A DNA stretch of 21,252 nt, from assembly GCA_019455555.1 (NCBI GenBank), contig JAGFMF010011768.1:13991418-14012669 (forward strand), written 5' to 3'. Position numbers and translations under genes: made by a program. Below, piece after piece: positions 11,817-21,252 of the stretch. Each line of letters opens with the position of its first letter. The stretch's first letter is position 1. Source of the stretch: Galemys pyrenaicus (lineage: Eukaryota). Below the pieces are notes generated by a model that was not told the DNA's origin, ran no database searches, and worked only from the letters and a program-made list of their open reading frames with translations.

Positions 11817-11822
11817 TTTATT
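11817..11822 (-). promoter_or_regulatory. PRRT2: Candidate PRRT2 polyadenylation signal (AATAAA on the minus strand). It implies a 3'UTR of ~1.2 kb.
   Basis: tttatt on the plus strand is followed on the minus strand by CGCAGACTGCATGAGAC. It is the first canonical hexamer downstream of the stop at 12991. Confidence 0.45.
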
Positions 11823-12419
11823 GGTGTTTCAGACTCATGCAGCATCCGGCATACAAAAAGGGAGAATCAGTTCTAATGTATCTTTTTTAAAAGAATTTTA
11901 GTTTCCTCCCAACACACACACTTTTTTTTTTTTTAAGAAAACAAAAAATCCGCCAACTCCGGAACAACGTCGTAACTCAGTGCCCGCCCCCCAGTGGGCT
12001 GTTGCGTGCAACAAACCTCCCCGTCATCTTCAAAGAAAATAATTATAGCGCTCCCCGCCCATTCCCTCTTTCCCTGCACCAGGGTGCCTTGGTCCTATTT
12101 TTTGGGTTCTTTCCTTACAAAGCACGTGAACGACCCAGCCCCGACGCCTTTTAAGAAACTGACCCACTAGGTTCAAAAGCCCAGGTGCGGCAGGTAAACG
12201 CAGGCCGACCTGAAGGGTCAACTGCCGCGCCCTCCCTGCTCCCAGGTGCCCTTTAGGGAACCGGGTGCTAGTCACCCTAGCACCAGTCCCCAGATGAGAC
12301 CAGGCTTGCCAGCTCTGCGACCCTGGCTAGGGTGGTCCCAGCAGAGAACAGTCGGAGGCCCGGGCGAGGGAGCCCTGCCCGACACCGCTTCCCTCCCCCA
12401 GCCTGATCTAAGAGCTGGA

Positions 12420-13305
<886 letters not shown>

Positions 13306-13679
13306 TTAGGGTGAGGGGTGGGGGGCACCATGGCCCAGGTCAGAAGGCAGCTCAGCAGGGATCGAGTGAAAGAGTGGTCCAGAGGAGATAGGCCGGCCAG
13401 TGGACAGTGGTTGAGGAAGGAAGGGGGGTTGGAGAGGTAGGGGGAGGAGGGCACAGGTCAGCAAGGAGGTGTGAAACCATATCCCTCCCACCTGAAGGGA
13501 AAGGGCAGTGGTGGCTCAGAGGGTGGAGTCCTAGGGCGAGGCAAGCAAAGACCTGGTAACTGGGAAGTGAGGTCCATGCAGAAAGGGGAGGAAGGTGAGG
13601 CTAATCTTGGGGCTCTGTCCCAGCACTAGCGGGAAGCTGGGAGCCCCAGTGGGCTGGACCAGGGTCCCGTGGGGCTCAC

Positions 13680-14570
13680 CATGACGGCATAAGCGAAGGC
13701 CACGATGTTGACAGGCCACATGGGGCAGAAGCAGGACAGGATAGCGAGGATGATGTAGTCCCGAGGTTTCTGGGTGCCTTCACCCCCCTCCACCCCAGAC
13801 CCTGCCAGCTGAGAGCTGGGGTGGCGGCTCAGGCTACCTCGGGGAGATCCTGGATGCCCACTGTGCACCCTTCCTAGTCGGTCCTCCTCAACCAACTGCT
13901 GCAGTACTCGGGGAGGAGCCCCGTTGGCTGGGGGGCTTTTGGTTGAGGGCTGTGAGTGAGGCAGAGGGGCTGGGCCCTCTTCGCCATCACCAGCCTGCAG
14001 GGGAACCACTGCCCCATTTTCCTGTTTTTCCCCCACATTCTCAGTCAGGACCTCAGGGGTGGGGGTCTCCTGGGTAGGGGGCTCTGGCTGAATGGCTGGC
14101 TTAGGTGTGGGCTGGGAACTTGGCTGGGTGTCTATCTGAGGGTCTGATTGGGGGTCCAGCTGGGGAGCGGGCTCTGAGGCTGGCTCAAGTGGGGCTGCAG
14201 ACTCCAGGTCTGCAGTGGCCTCTTTGCTCACTTCTGGTTTGGAGGCTGGCACTTGGCATGCTTCTTTGGGGCTGGAGTTGGCCTTTGAGTTCCCTCCTGG
14301 GCTTGAGCTGAGGTCTCTGGCCTGGGTGATTTCTGGGGCCCCAGCTGGGGTCTCCGTGGTTTCTGGGGTAGATCCAGCCTTGGGCTTTGAGTCCACAGAG
14401 GCCCCAGTGGTGTCTGGACCTGACTGCAGGGCCTCTGGTTCATCTGGGGCCCCAGCTGGGACCTGGGGAGGGCCAGTTCCAGCTTCAGAATGACCAGGCC
14501 CTTTTCCCTGGGTCTGGGGACCCTCCTCTATCCCCTTTATTTCAGAGACCTCAGAGCTGCTGGCTGCCAT
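13680..14570 (-). CDS. PRRT2: PRRT2 main coding exon with the ATG at 14570 ([36 protein letters not shown]...[29 protein letters not shown]). The exon begins at the acceptor at 14635.
   Basis: There is a full-length match to human PRRT2 exon 2 (proline-rich N-terminus plus the first half of the CD225 domain). The donor is ATG|gtgagc. The track ORF 13626-14570 reads into the intron. Confidence 0.9.
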
Positions 14571-14949
14571 CTTGAGATGGGAGAGGGGAGAGGACCTCTG
14601 TGGGGAGGATGGAGCAGCAGAGACAGCAGCAAATCCTGAAAGAGGAGGAGACAGGCTTGGTGTGAAGTGGTAAGAGGTGGCTCCGGCACTGCAGCCTAAG
14701 AGGGTTCATGCTCCTGTCCAGCCTTGGGCTGACTCTGGAGAGAGGAAGGAAAGTTGGGATTTCCTCTGCCTTGGGGTGGGACACCTCTGGGGAGGACTGC
14801 TCTGCTCAAAGTCTTTTGCTTGGAGAGCACTGGGAAGATTAACCCTTTGGAAAACAGGACCCTCCCCATGGTCTCTTGCTGAATCCACCCAACTAAATCC
14901 AGACTCAGATCCTGGCAGATGCCCCAGCACCCCAAAATCAACAAGCTGT

Positions 14950-15340
14950 GCAGACACTGGTACACTCCAGCAGGCAGACAAGGCAGAGGACCCGATACTC
15001 ACATCCCACTCTTTCTTCATTCTCCCCTCCTCCCTGGGTACCCAGTCCGGTGCAGGTTTTCTTGCTGCGTTTGGGGCGCAGATGCCCGCGCCCCTCCCTG
15101 GGTGATGTGGGTATCTCTCTCCGTGCCCCTTCTCAGCCCCTCTCCCCGGGATTCCCTGGCCCCTGGGGGACCGGTGCCTCCTCCTCCCATTGGCGTGGCG
15201 CGCCCAGCACCACCAGCCAGTCCACCAGGCGCCCGCATTCCCATGCAGCCCTCCCGGCGACTGCCGTCTGTCAGTCCGTTCCTACCCGCAGCCTCAGTCT
15301 ATCCGCGTCTCACCTCGACGCCGGTCTCCAGAATGCTCCC

Positions 15341-15381
<41 letters not shown>

Positions 15382-15750
15382 CGCCGCCGTTGCAGCAGCC
15401 GCAGCCCGGGAGGGAGCGAGTCAGTGAGAGAGGGAGGGAGGCGGCGGGTCTCCCCTCCCCTCCGCTCGTCCCCTCCTCTCCCTCTTCTCTGGTCCCCTCC
15501 CCTACGCTCACAGGCCTCGGAGCGCGCCGCCCCCGCCCCTCGCACGCCTCCCGCCCCTCCTGGCCAGCCCTAGGGAGGCACTCGTGCCAGGCCCGTGCCA
15601 GGCCCGCTGTTACCTGGGCAACCAGCTGGGGGACCACTCGCGCCCCCTCCCGATCCTTCCCCACGCGCGCCTCCCGGGTCGCCCCCTTCCCAAGTCCTGG
15701 GCCCCTCCCGCCAACGGTCACCGGGGGTCCTGGCAGAGCCAAGGGTTTCG
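14950..15750. promoter_or_regulatory. PRRT2: CpG island holding the presumed PRRT2 promoter and non-coding exon 1. Candidate exon-1 donors on the minus strand are CGAG|gtgaga (exon end ~15314) and GGAT|gtgagt (~15002).
   Basis: It lies 0.4-1.1 kb upstream of the ATG-containing exon, has a high CpG density, and contains no protein-like ORF. Confidence 0.5.
15341..15406. repeat. Imperfect trinucleotide repeat. It is (CTG/TTG)~13(GCC)3 on the plus strand and (CAG)n on the minus strand. It lies inside the PRRT2 5' CpG island.
   Basis: A direct read gives gttgctgctgctgttgctgctgctgctgctgctgctgctgccgccgccgttgcagcagccgcagcc. In the ORF track it produces poly-Q, poly-S and poly-L in different frames. 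Confidence 0.9.
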
Positions 15751-16512
15751 GGGAGACGGAGAATGGTCTGCGAGGAGACAGGCAGGAATGCTGGAGGCAC
15801 CTTTAGGAGCAGATATAGGGGAAGGGAGATGGGACAAAACTTGGGGACCCTGCAGAGGTGGAGTAGGGTGGGGTTTTGAGAGGGTAGTCTGCAGAACAGG
15901 AAGTCCCTGTACAAATCCGCGCAGCCCTCCAAGAAAGCAGCAGCAGAAATGGGTATTGGAAGGCTGGAGTCCCTGGAAGGGCCAGAGCAAGGACTGGGAG
16001 AGGAATTCCAAGGGGCCAAGGAGAGGCTGCAGGGGCAGCATGGAACAGCAGGAAGGGGCTGGGCCAGAGGAGCCCCAGCAAAGGCAGGCTGGAGGACACC
16101 CAGAATGAAGGCAAGTAGGGAAAGGTGCAGTCTTTCCTCCCAACCTCACTGCTTCCAGTTCTAGGGCTCAGAATTCCCAGCCTTTCTGCAGCTACATCAT
16201 CCATGGTCACCTCTTGGGGCCCTGAGGGTGTGTTGGATTTGGCTGGGGTCTAAGCAGTAGGTATGGGCTGCCTCTTCAAACCTCCAGTGGCTATTCTGGG
16301 CCTGTCCAGATTGGGTATCCCCCAGGGACCTGGGAGTCCTGGAACTTGCTCTCCACAGTTCAGTGCCTCGGCCCCACCCTGCATCCAGGCTGCCCCCGGG
16401 GAGGGAGGAGCCGCAGAGCCAAGGCTGGTACTGACACCAGGCCCAAGAAGAAACCTCTTGGGTGTGGAATTCCGCTTAGGTGACAGCGATTCAATCTGGA
16501 GCCAGACAGGTT

Positions 16513-16529
16513 TTTATTTAAAATTTATT
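16513..16529 (-). promoter_or_regulatory. MAZ: Two tandem AATAAA hexamers on the minus strand (CAATAAATTTTAAATAAAAACC). They form the candidate MAZ polyadenylation signal and imply a 3'UTR of ~950 nt.
   Basis: tttatt appears at 16513-16518 and 16524-16529 on the plus strand. These are the first canonical signals downstream of the MAZ stop. Confidence 0.45.
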
Positions 16530-17451
16530 GTAATGGGGTCCGCGCAAAAGGAGGGGGTGAAGGTTGGGGAACATGCAGGGGACACAGGAACACGATGACA
16601 TGGCCAGGGCCACAGCTTCTGTCTTGGGGAAGAGGGATGAAAAGAAAAGGCCAGGGCTGGAGCTGGGGTGGAAGAGGGAAAGGGGGAGACACTGCGGCTG
16701 CATTTCCCCCACCCCCAGGAAGCACCTCTATCCCTGGATCCCCCCCATTTACCCTGGCCCCATTAAGATTCCATCTCTTGTCCTGCCTCTGGCCCTAGTG
16801 GCTCCTTCTTTTGCTCCCCTTGTCTTTTCCCCTGACAGTCTCAAGTAGGAGGATGTTTGGGGCCTGACCCCAAACCACCTCATCTTAGGAAGGTACAACC
16901 TTTGCCTTCCCTGCTTCTGCCCCTTCTCAAGTCTTGTGTTCTCCCCTCTCTGGGACAGAATCTTTGATTTCCCCTCCTTCCTCTCCTCCCTCCCCTTGAA
17001 AAAAATAAAAATTAAAAAAAAGCACCAACTCCCCAGGGAGGGGCAGCAGACAGTAGGAGGGAACTGGAAGGAGAGCAAGGAGGACCATCAAGGGAAAAGG
17101 CTCACAAATCCCCAGAAGGGCAGGGCAGAGGATTACAGAGAGGAGAGGGGGTGAGGGCAGTGGCCACTCCTGTCCTCTGCCACCCCTTGCCCACTGTCCA
17201 GGGGGCTTCAACACAACCAAGGGGACAGGTGTATGTGGGGTCAGGTCTGATAGGAAGAAGAGAGGAGCAGGAGAAACAAAATTTTAAAACCTAGCGAATT
17301 CCCCTAAGAAAACATTTCTTCCTCCTTTCCTTCTGGAGGCTCCTTGGTTGGTGGGGGAAGTAGTGAGGAGTTGGTGGGAACAGAGAGGGAAGAGGAGATG
17401 CAACCAAGGGCTTTCCTTCATTCTCCCCTCTGCCCTCCACCAACTTGGAGC

Positions 17452-17606
17452 TCACCAGGGCTGGGAGGGAAGTGGCTGAGAGCTCACGGGCACCCCCTCA
17501 GCCCCAGAGAGGGAGCCCACAGCTGTGGGAGGGGCTGCCACTGCTGCTGCTGCTGCTGCTGCCGCTGCCGCCGCCGCCGCTGCCATAGGACACACCTCAC
17601 CGGTAC
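17452..17606 (-). CDS. MAZ: MAZ terminal coding exon of isoform 1 ((G)TGEVCPM-A14-VAAPPTAVGSLSGAEGVPVSSQPLPSQPW*), with a poly-Ala tract.
   Basis: It matches the human MAZ isoform-1 C-terminus. The acceptor is tgcag|GT and the TGA stop is at 17452-17454. Confidence 0.85.
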
Positions 17607-17924
17607 CTGCACGGAGACCAGATCGCAGCAAGATCTAAATGGCAAGAGCCGTACCCCAGCTCGACTCTCCCAGACACCCTCCCCTGGGACACAGCCGTTG
17701 CTCACATCCTGTTTGATCCCCAGAGGCTTTGGCCTACATCCTTACCCAGTTCTCCTGTAGGGCCTTCCCTGTGCCCAGAAGCGTCCCTAACTTCAGTGAT
17801 AGATGGACATCCCTGGCCTGCCTGAGATCCCCTATTGGGCCCTTTGAACCCCCTCATCCCCCACACCCCATCCCACCCCCCCCAGCCATGCCCCACGCCT
17901 TGCCTGGTGGGTGCGGGGTCCCCC

Positions 17925-18127
17925 TCAGCAGGTGGGCTGTGGCTGGGGGGCGTCTCCCGGGACAGGGGGGGCGGCCCCCCCCAGATGGGTCTGCATGTGG
18001 CCGGCCAGCTGGGCAGGGGTCTTGCAGTGCACGCTGCACAGCTTGCACAGGATGCGGTCAGCCCGCGGGGCCTGGAGCCCATGGTCCTTCACCGCGTGGA
18101 TGCGCAGGTATGCTGCCGTGGTGAAGC
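17925..18127 (-). CDS. MAZ: MAZ alternative terminal coding exon of the isoform-2 (SAF-2) type ((G)FTTAAYLRIHAVKDHGLQAPRADRILCKLCSVHCKTPAQLAGHMQTHLGGAAPPVPGDAPQPQPTC*). It encodes an additional C2H2 zinc finger.
   Basis: It matches the human MAZ isoform-2 C-terminus as I recall it. The acceptor is ccccccaatag|GC, in phase with the upstream exon (G|GC gives Gly). The TGA stop is at 17925-17927. Confidence 0.7.
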
Positions 18128-18132
18128 CTATT

Positions 18133-18159
18133 GGGGGGGGTGGATTGGGGGGGGTGGGG
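18133..18159 (+). other. G8-N-G8-N-G4 run. It is G-quadruplex-capable on the plus strand. On the transcribed minus strand it is the poly-C polypyrimidine tract just upstream of the MAZ alternative-exon acceptor.
   Basis: A direct read gives ttggggggggtggattggggggggtggggtc. Confidence 0.8.
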
Positions 18160-18904
18160 TCAGCCAGGTGGAGACCCCAGAGACGGGGTTGTTCTCCTAG
18201 GCTGGGGACGCCCTCCTCAGATGGCCCTGTCCTCCTCCCACCATATCCTTGGTAGCCTGGGGCCAACTACTCCATTGGGGCTAGTGGGGCAAAGTCCCCT
18301 CTCTGACCTTAGGGCCTGGTTGAGTGGTGTTGGCTTCTTGGCCTCAGTATACCTCAGAGCCCATCCTCCATGGCAGGGGGGAATCTCACCCATGGGACAG
18401 AACACTGATACCTAGGGTGACCCTCAGCAGAGACGGCTGTGTCCCCTCCCTCCAGTGCCCCGTAGTCTCAGCCCAGTTACTCAGTGAAGAAGCAAGTGTT
18501 TAAAAGCAGTTCTGATACCTGGGGCAGGGTATGTCCCTGTCAAACCCCTGGCCCATACAGTCCACTTGCCCCAGGAGCCAAAGGTGAGACGTCGTGACTG
18601 CAGAGCTGAAACCTTGCCTTCCGAACCTTGGGAACTGGCTCTTTTGACCACTCCTTCCCCAAAGCCCTCGTGTCCCACCCGTTCTCCCCACGCACACCCA
18701 GAAGTTGACTCTAGTAGATCTCTACCAGTCACGACCACTTTCTTAGAAGTTAATGATGCTGTCATCCCTGTGCTACTCCATTTACTTCCCAAAAGGCTCC
18801 AGATGCCACCAGTTCTTGGCTACACCTTTAACCCAAATCTAGAAGGGCCACTAGCCTTGTCCCACCCCTTATCCCTGGTCTTCCCAGCATCCCTCGGCAT
18901 GTAC

Positions 18905-19076
18905 CTTTGTTGCAGAGCTCACAGACATGGTGAGGGCCCTGGCTGTGCACCTTCATGTGGTCCGAGATATAAGCTGAGCTCAGCATCTTGCCACACACAT
19001 GACATGGCACTTTCTCCTCGTGTCGTACTGTGTGCGCCCGCAGTCGGTCCTTCGTAGCAAAAGCTGCCTCACATTT
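18905..19076 (-). CDS. MAZ: MAZ coding exon 4 (KCEAAFATKDRLRAHTVRHEEKVPCHVCGKMLSSAYISDHMKVHSQGPHHVCELCNK-G). It holds C2H2 zinc fingers.
   Basis: It matches human MAZ. The acceptor is ccccag|AAATGT and the donor is AAAG|gtacat. Confidence 0.88.
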
Positions 19077-19351
19077 CTGGGGAGGGGGGAGGGGCGTGGG
19101 GGGTGTCAGGAGAGTTAAAGCTTTGGGGAGTGGGGAGAGGGGGACAAGAGGTTAAAGGAATCAGAGTCTTGGGGATCTTTGATCTGTAGGAAATGGGAGT
19201 GAAATGATGAGGCCTTGAAGAAGGGATGAGAAAATGGAGTGAAAAAGCAAAAAGAAGAAAGAGAAAAAGGGGGTCTGAGAGGCCGAACTCAGACAGATAC
19301 AATGAGGATCAAAATCATGAAAACCCGGACAGGAGGAGGCGAGCTTCCTAC

Positions 19352-19415
19352 CTCACATTTGAAGGGCCGTTCTGTTGAGTGCACTTGTCTGACGTGACTG
19401 TTGAGGTGATCCGGC
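19352..19415 (-). CDS. MAZ: MAZ coding exon 3 ((R)PDHLNSHVRQVHSTERPFKCE).
   Basis: It matches human MAZ. The acceptor is atcctcag|G and the donor is GAG|gtagga. Confidence 0.88.
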
Positions 19416-19783
19416 CTGAGGATATGTTGGGGTTGGGGTTAGGGCCCTGGGGTGTGGAAGTGCCCCCAAATCTGTCTATGCTTGGTACAAAGGACTTTCC
19501 AAGGGGCCGTTCCTGTCCTTTCTCCTAAGCCAGGGACTTCAGAATCCCAGTTAGGCAGGAAATCCCTCCCCTCAAGCCCAGCAGGCTCTAAGCCTTCTCC
19601 TTTCCCCAACCCAAGAACCCACCTCCTTTGCTAAGTACCACCCCCTGCTCCCTAGAAACCAGGAGAGGCTCTCCTCCCTCCTCCCTGGGAGTGGCTCCCT
19701 CCCCACCAGCCAAGGCCAGGCCACCTCCTGAGCCGTCCCTCCCTCCCCACCAGCCTAGTGGGCGGCAGAGGCCCCGTGCACAC

Positions 19784-20637
19784 CGGGAGAAGCTCTTGCC
19801 ACAGTGGGAGCAGTTGTAGGGCTTGTGCACAGCGCCGTCATGTGAGCGCACGTGGTAGCTCATGCGGTCCTTGCGCTTGAAGCGCTGCTGGCACACCGGG
19901 CACTGGTAGGGCTTCTCGTCCGAGTGCGACAGCTTGTGTCGGTTCAGGTGGTAGACGTCGCGGAAGGCCTTGCCGCACATCTCGCAGGCGTGGTTCTTCC
20001 GGATGCGCTTTCCCGAGGCGGTGGTGGTTACCACGCCACCGGCGGCCACTGCGGCTGCCCCGCCACCAGCGCCCGCTTCTCCCCCTCCCCCGCCGGCTCC
20101 GCTCAGCTGAGGCACACTCAGGAGGCTCAGGGGCACCATGGTGGGCATCTTCATAGCACCCGAGGGGACACGGCCGGCCTTGGCTCCCGTGTGAATGGCC
20201 TCGTGCCTCCGGAGGTTGTAGCCGTTCTTGAATTCCTTGGCGCACAGGGCGCAGATGTAGGGCCCCTTGCTCTTTGTCTTCTTCTCCAAGGCAGAGGCGA
20301 CTGGGGCCACAGCGACCGTCGAGGTTGGGGCTACGACGGCGGTGGCTGCAGCGGCGATGCTGGCGGCAGAGACAGGGGGCGCGGCCTCGGCCGCGGGCGC
20401 CGACACCGGCGGGGGTGGCGGAGGGGGCGCCGGGGGCTGCTTCAGAGCCGCTGTGTCCACTGTGGAGGCGGTGGCCGGGGCCGGGGGTGCAGCAGCAACG
20501 GCGGCGGCGGCGGCGGCAGCGGCAGCGGCGGCCGCAGCCGCGGCCGACTCCTGGGCGGCGGCGAGAACCGGGAGCAAGTCCACCTGGAGGGGCTCGGCCG
20601 CCGGGGCCTGGGGGGCGGGCGGGGGCGCCGGTGCGGC
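19784..20637 (-). CDS. MAZ: MAZ coding exon 2 (AAPAPPPAPQAPAAEPLQVDLLPVLAAAQES-A17-...KSKGPYICALCAKEF...HACEMCGKAF...YQCPVCQQRF...YNCSHCGKSFS-R). It carries a poly-Ala tract, a poly-Pro tract and C2H2 fingers 1-4.
   Basis: The translation matches human MAZ. The acceptor is ccttgtctccgcag|GCC and the donor is CCCG|gtgtgc. Confidence 0.85.
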
Positions 20638-21252
20638 CTGCGGAGACAAGGCGCCGTGTGGGCCGCGGCCGCGAGTCGGCGCCCGCCCGGCCCGGCCCGG
20701 CCGGCCCCTACTCACCTGGAATGGACTCTGGGCGCAGCCCTGGGAGGCAAAGAAGCGGGACTGGAGCTCAGCCCCGACCTGCAGGGGGTTCTGGGCGTGA
20801 CCCTGAGGTGGCGGGAAGGAGTTCATGAGGCCGCCCACCCCCCGGGAGTCCAGGCCCAGCACGGGGAAGGGGGGGGCCAGCAGCGTGCAAGGGAACACGG
20901 GGAACATGGCCTCGGCCACGGCGGGGCCCCCAGGGCTCAGCGGGGGCCGGGGGCGCGGGCCGCGCGGGGCCCGGGCTCGGGGCGCCGCCCCCGGCCGGCC
21001 GCGCTGGGCCGCGCCGAACGCATGGCCCGCGGGCCGCCCCGCCGCCCGCGCACCCCGGCCGGCGGGAGGGAGGGAAGGAGGGCGCCTTGCGGGCCGCGGA
21101 GCGCGGCGGCGGCGGCGGCGGCGACGCCCCCTGGGTGGGGGCGGGAGGCCCCGCGGGGCCGGGGGCCGGGGGCGGGGGCCCGGGTGGCGGCGGCGGTGGC
21201 GGCGGCGGCGGCGGCGGCGGCGGTTGGAGCCTGGCGGGGCGGGGTGGGGGGA
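19800..21252. promoter_or_regulatory. MAZ: CpG island over the MAZ 5' exons, 5'UTR and promoter. It contains (GGC)n/(GCC)n runs at ~21103-21123 and ~21186-21228.
   Basis: GC content is >75% with dense CpG. A direct read gives gcggcggcggcggcggcggcg and ggcggcggcggtggcggcggcggcggcggcggcggcgg. Confidence 0.7.
20716..20907 (-). CDS. MAZ: MAZ coding exon 1 with the ATG at 20907 (MFPVFPCTLLAPPFPVLGLDSRGVGGLMNSFPPPQGHAQNPLQVGAELQSRFFASQGCAQSPFQ).
   Basis: It is identical to the human MAZ N-terminus. The track ORF begins 4 codons upstream at a GTG, not an ATG. The donor is CAG|gtgagt. Confidence 0.85.

Noticed and set aside
13626-13679. Extension of the PRRT2 ORF beyond ...AYAVM ([17 protein letters not shown])
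   Set aside because: An ATG|gtgagc donor sits at 13680. Downstream, exon 3 (13167-13299) restores the conserved [12 protein letters not shown]... sequence. The extension is intronic read-through.
13895-13940. C-homopolymer region of PRRT2 exon 2 corresponding to the human c.649dupC mutational hotspot
   Set aside because: In this species the run is interrupted (GCT CCT CCC CGA, and elsewhere AGC CCC CCA with 6 C), so there is no long C9 tract. It is not notable here.
14919-15806. 295-aa plus ORF with poly-Leu and Pro-rich stretches, and the overlapping poly-Q and poly-S ORFs on the minus strand
   Set aside because: They lie in the PRRT2 promoter CpG island across the CTG/CAG repeat. Homopolymeric residues come from the trinucleotide repeat. 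They are best treated as the 5'UTR or promoter, not coding sequence.
20267-20828. 177-aa and 184-aa plus-strand ORFs (Ala/Gly/Arg-rich)
   Set aside because: They are antisense to MAZ exon 2. They are generated by GCN and GGN repeats that read open in all frames.
19588-20919. Single 443-aa ORF in the track beginning 'MAEAM'
   Set aside because: It is not one exon. The first 'M' is a GTG (the track allows alternative starts), and the real ATG is at 20907. The ORF reads through the 78-nt in-frame intron 1, and past the exon-2 donor at 19784 into intron sequence (CARGLCRPLGWWGG...).

Overview
This is mammalian nuclear DNA, not prokaryotic. It has CpG islands, GT-AG introns, tRNA-derived SINEs, microsatellites and AATAAA signals. 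By recognition of the translated proteins, the window is the ortholog of the human 16p11.2 block MVP - PAGR1 - PRRT2 - MAZ. All four genes are transcribed from the minus strand; in window order (low to high coordinates) they run MVP, PAGR1, PRRT2, MAZ. Protein divergence from human indicates a non-human, non-rodent species. The SINE heads look like the GGCTTCCCTGGTGGCGCAGTGGTTAAG type of cetartiodactyls, but I cannot name the family.

Gene content:
- MVP is partial. Coding exons 2 and 3 lie at 2128-2620. Intron 1 covers roughly 2621 to 8900, and the remaining exons lie beyond position 1.
- PAGR1 is complete: three coding exons, ATG at 11158, stop at 9145.
- PRRT2 is complete: three coding exons, ATG at 14570, stop at 12991, with a non-coding exon 1 in the CpG island around 15000-15700.
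- MAZ is complete: five coding exons, ATG at 20907, stop at 17452. It also has the alternative terminal exon that encodes the extra zinc finger of isoform 2 (17925-18127).

I see no CRISPR array, operon, transposon or toxin-like system. The provided six-frame ORF track treats GTG as a start codon and reads through GC-rich introns, so most long ORFs in it are artefacts.

The points worth a second look are these:
- a 78-nt in-frame, stop-free first intron in MAZ;
- extreme poly-C polypyrimidine tracts (G-quadruplex-capable on the DNA) at two MAZ acceptors, which match MAZ's own binding motif;
- an ~700-bp polypurine tract in the PRRT2 3'UTR;
- a (CAG)n repeat in the PRRT2 5' CpG island;
- long poly-Ala tracts in MAZ;
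- a perfect ARE/AP-1 palindrome in MVP intron 1;
- two inverted same-family SINEs flanking the MVP start-codon exons;
- very tight tandem packing, with each gene's poly(A) signal sitting in the next gene's promoter.

I found no evidence of a genuinely new system. All coordinates were derived by hand and could be off by a base or two at splice junctions.
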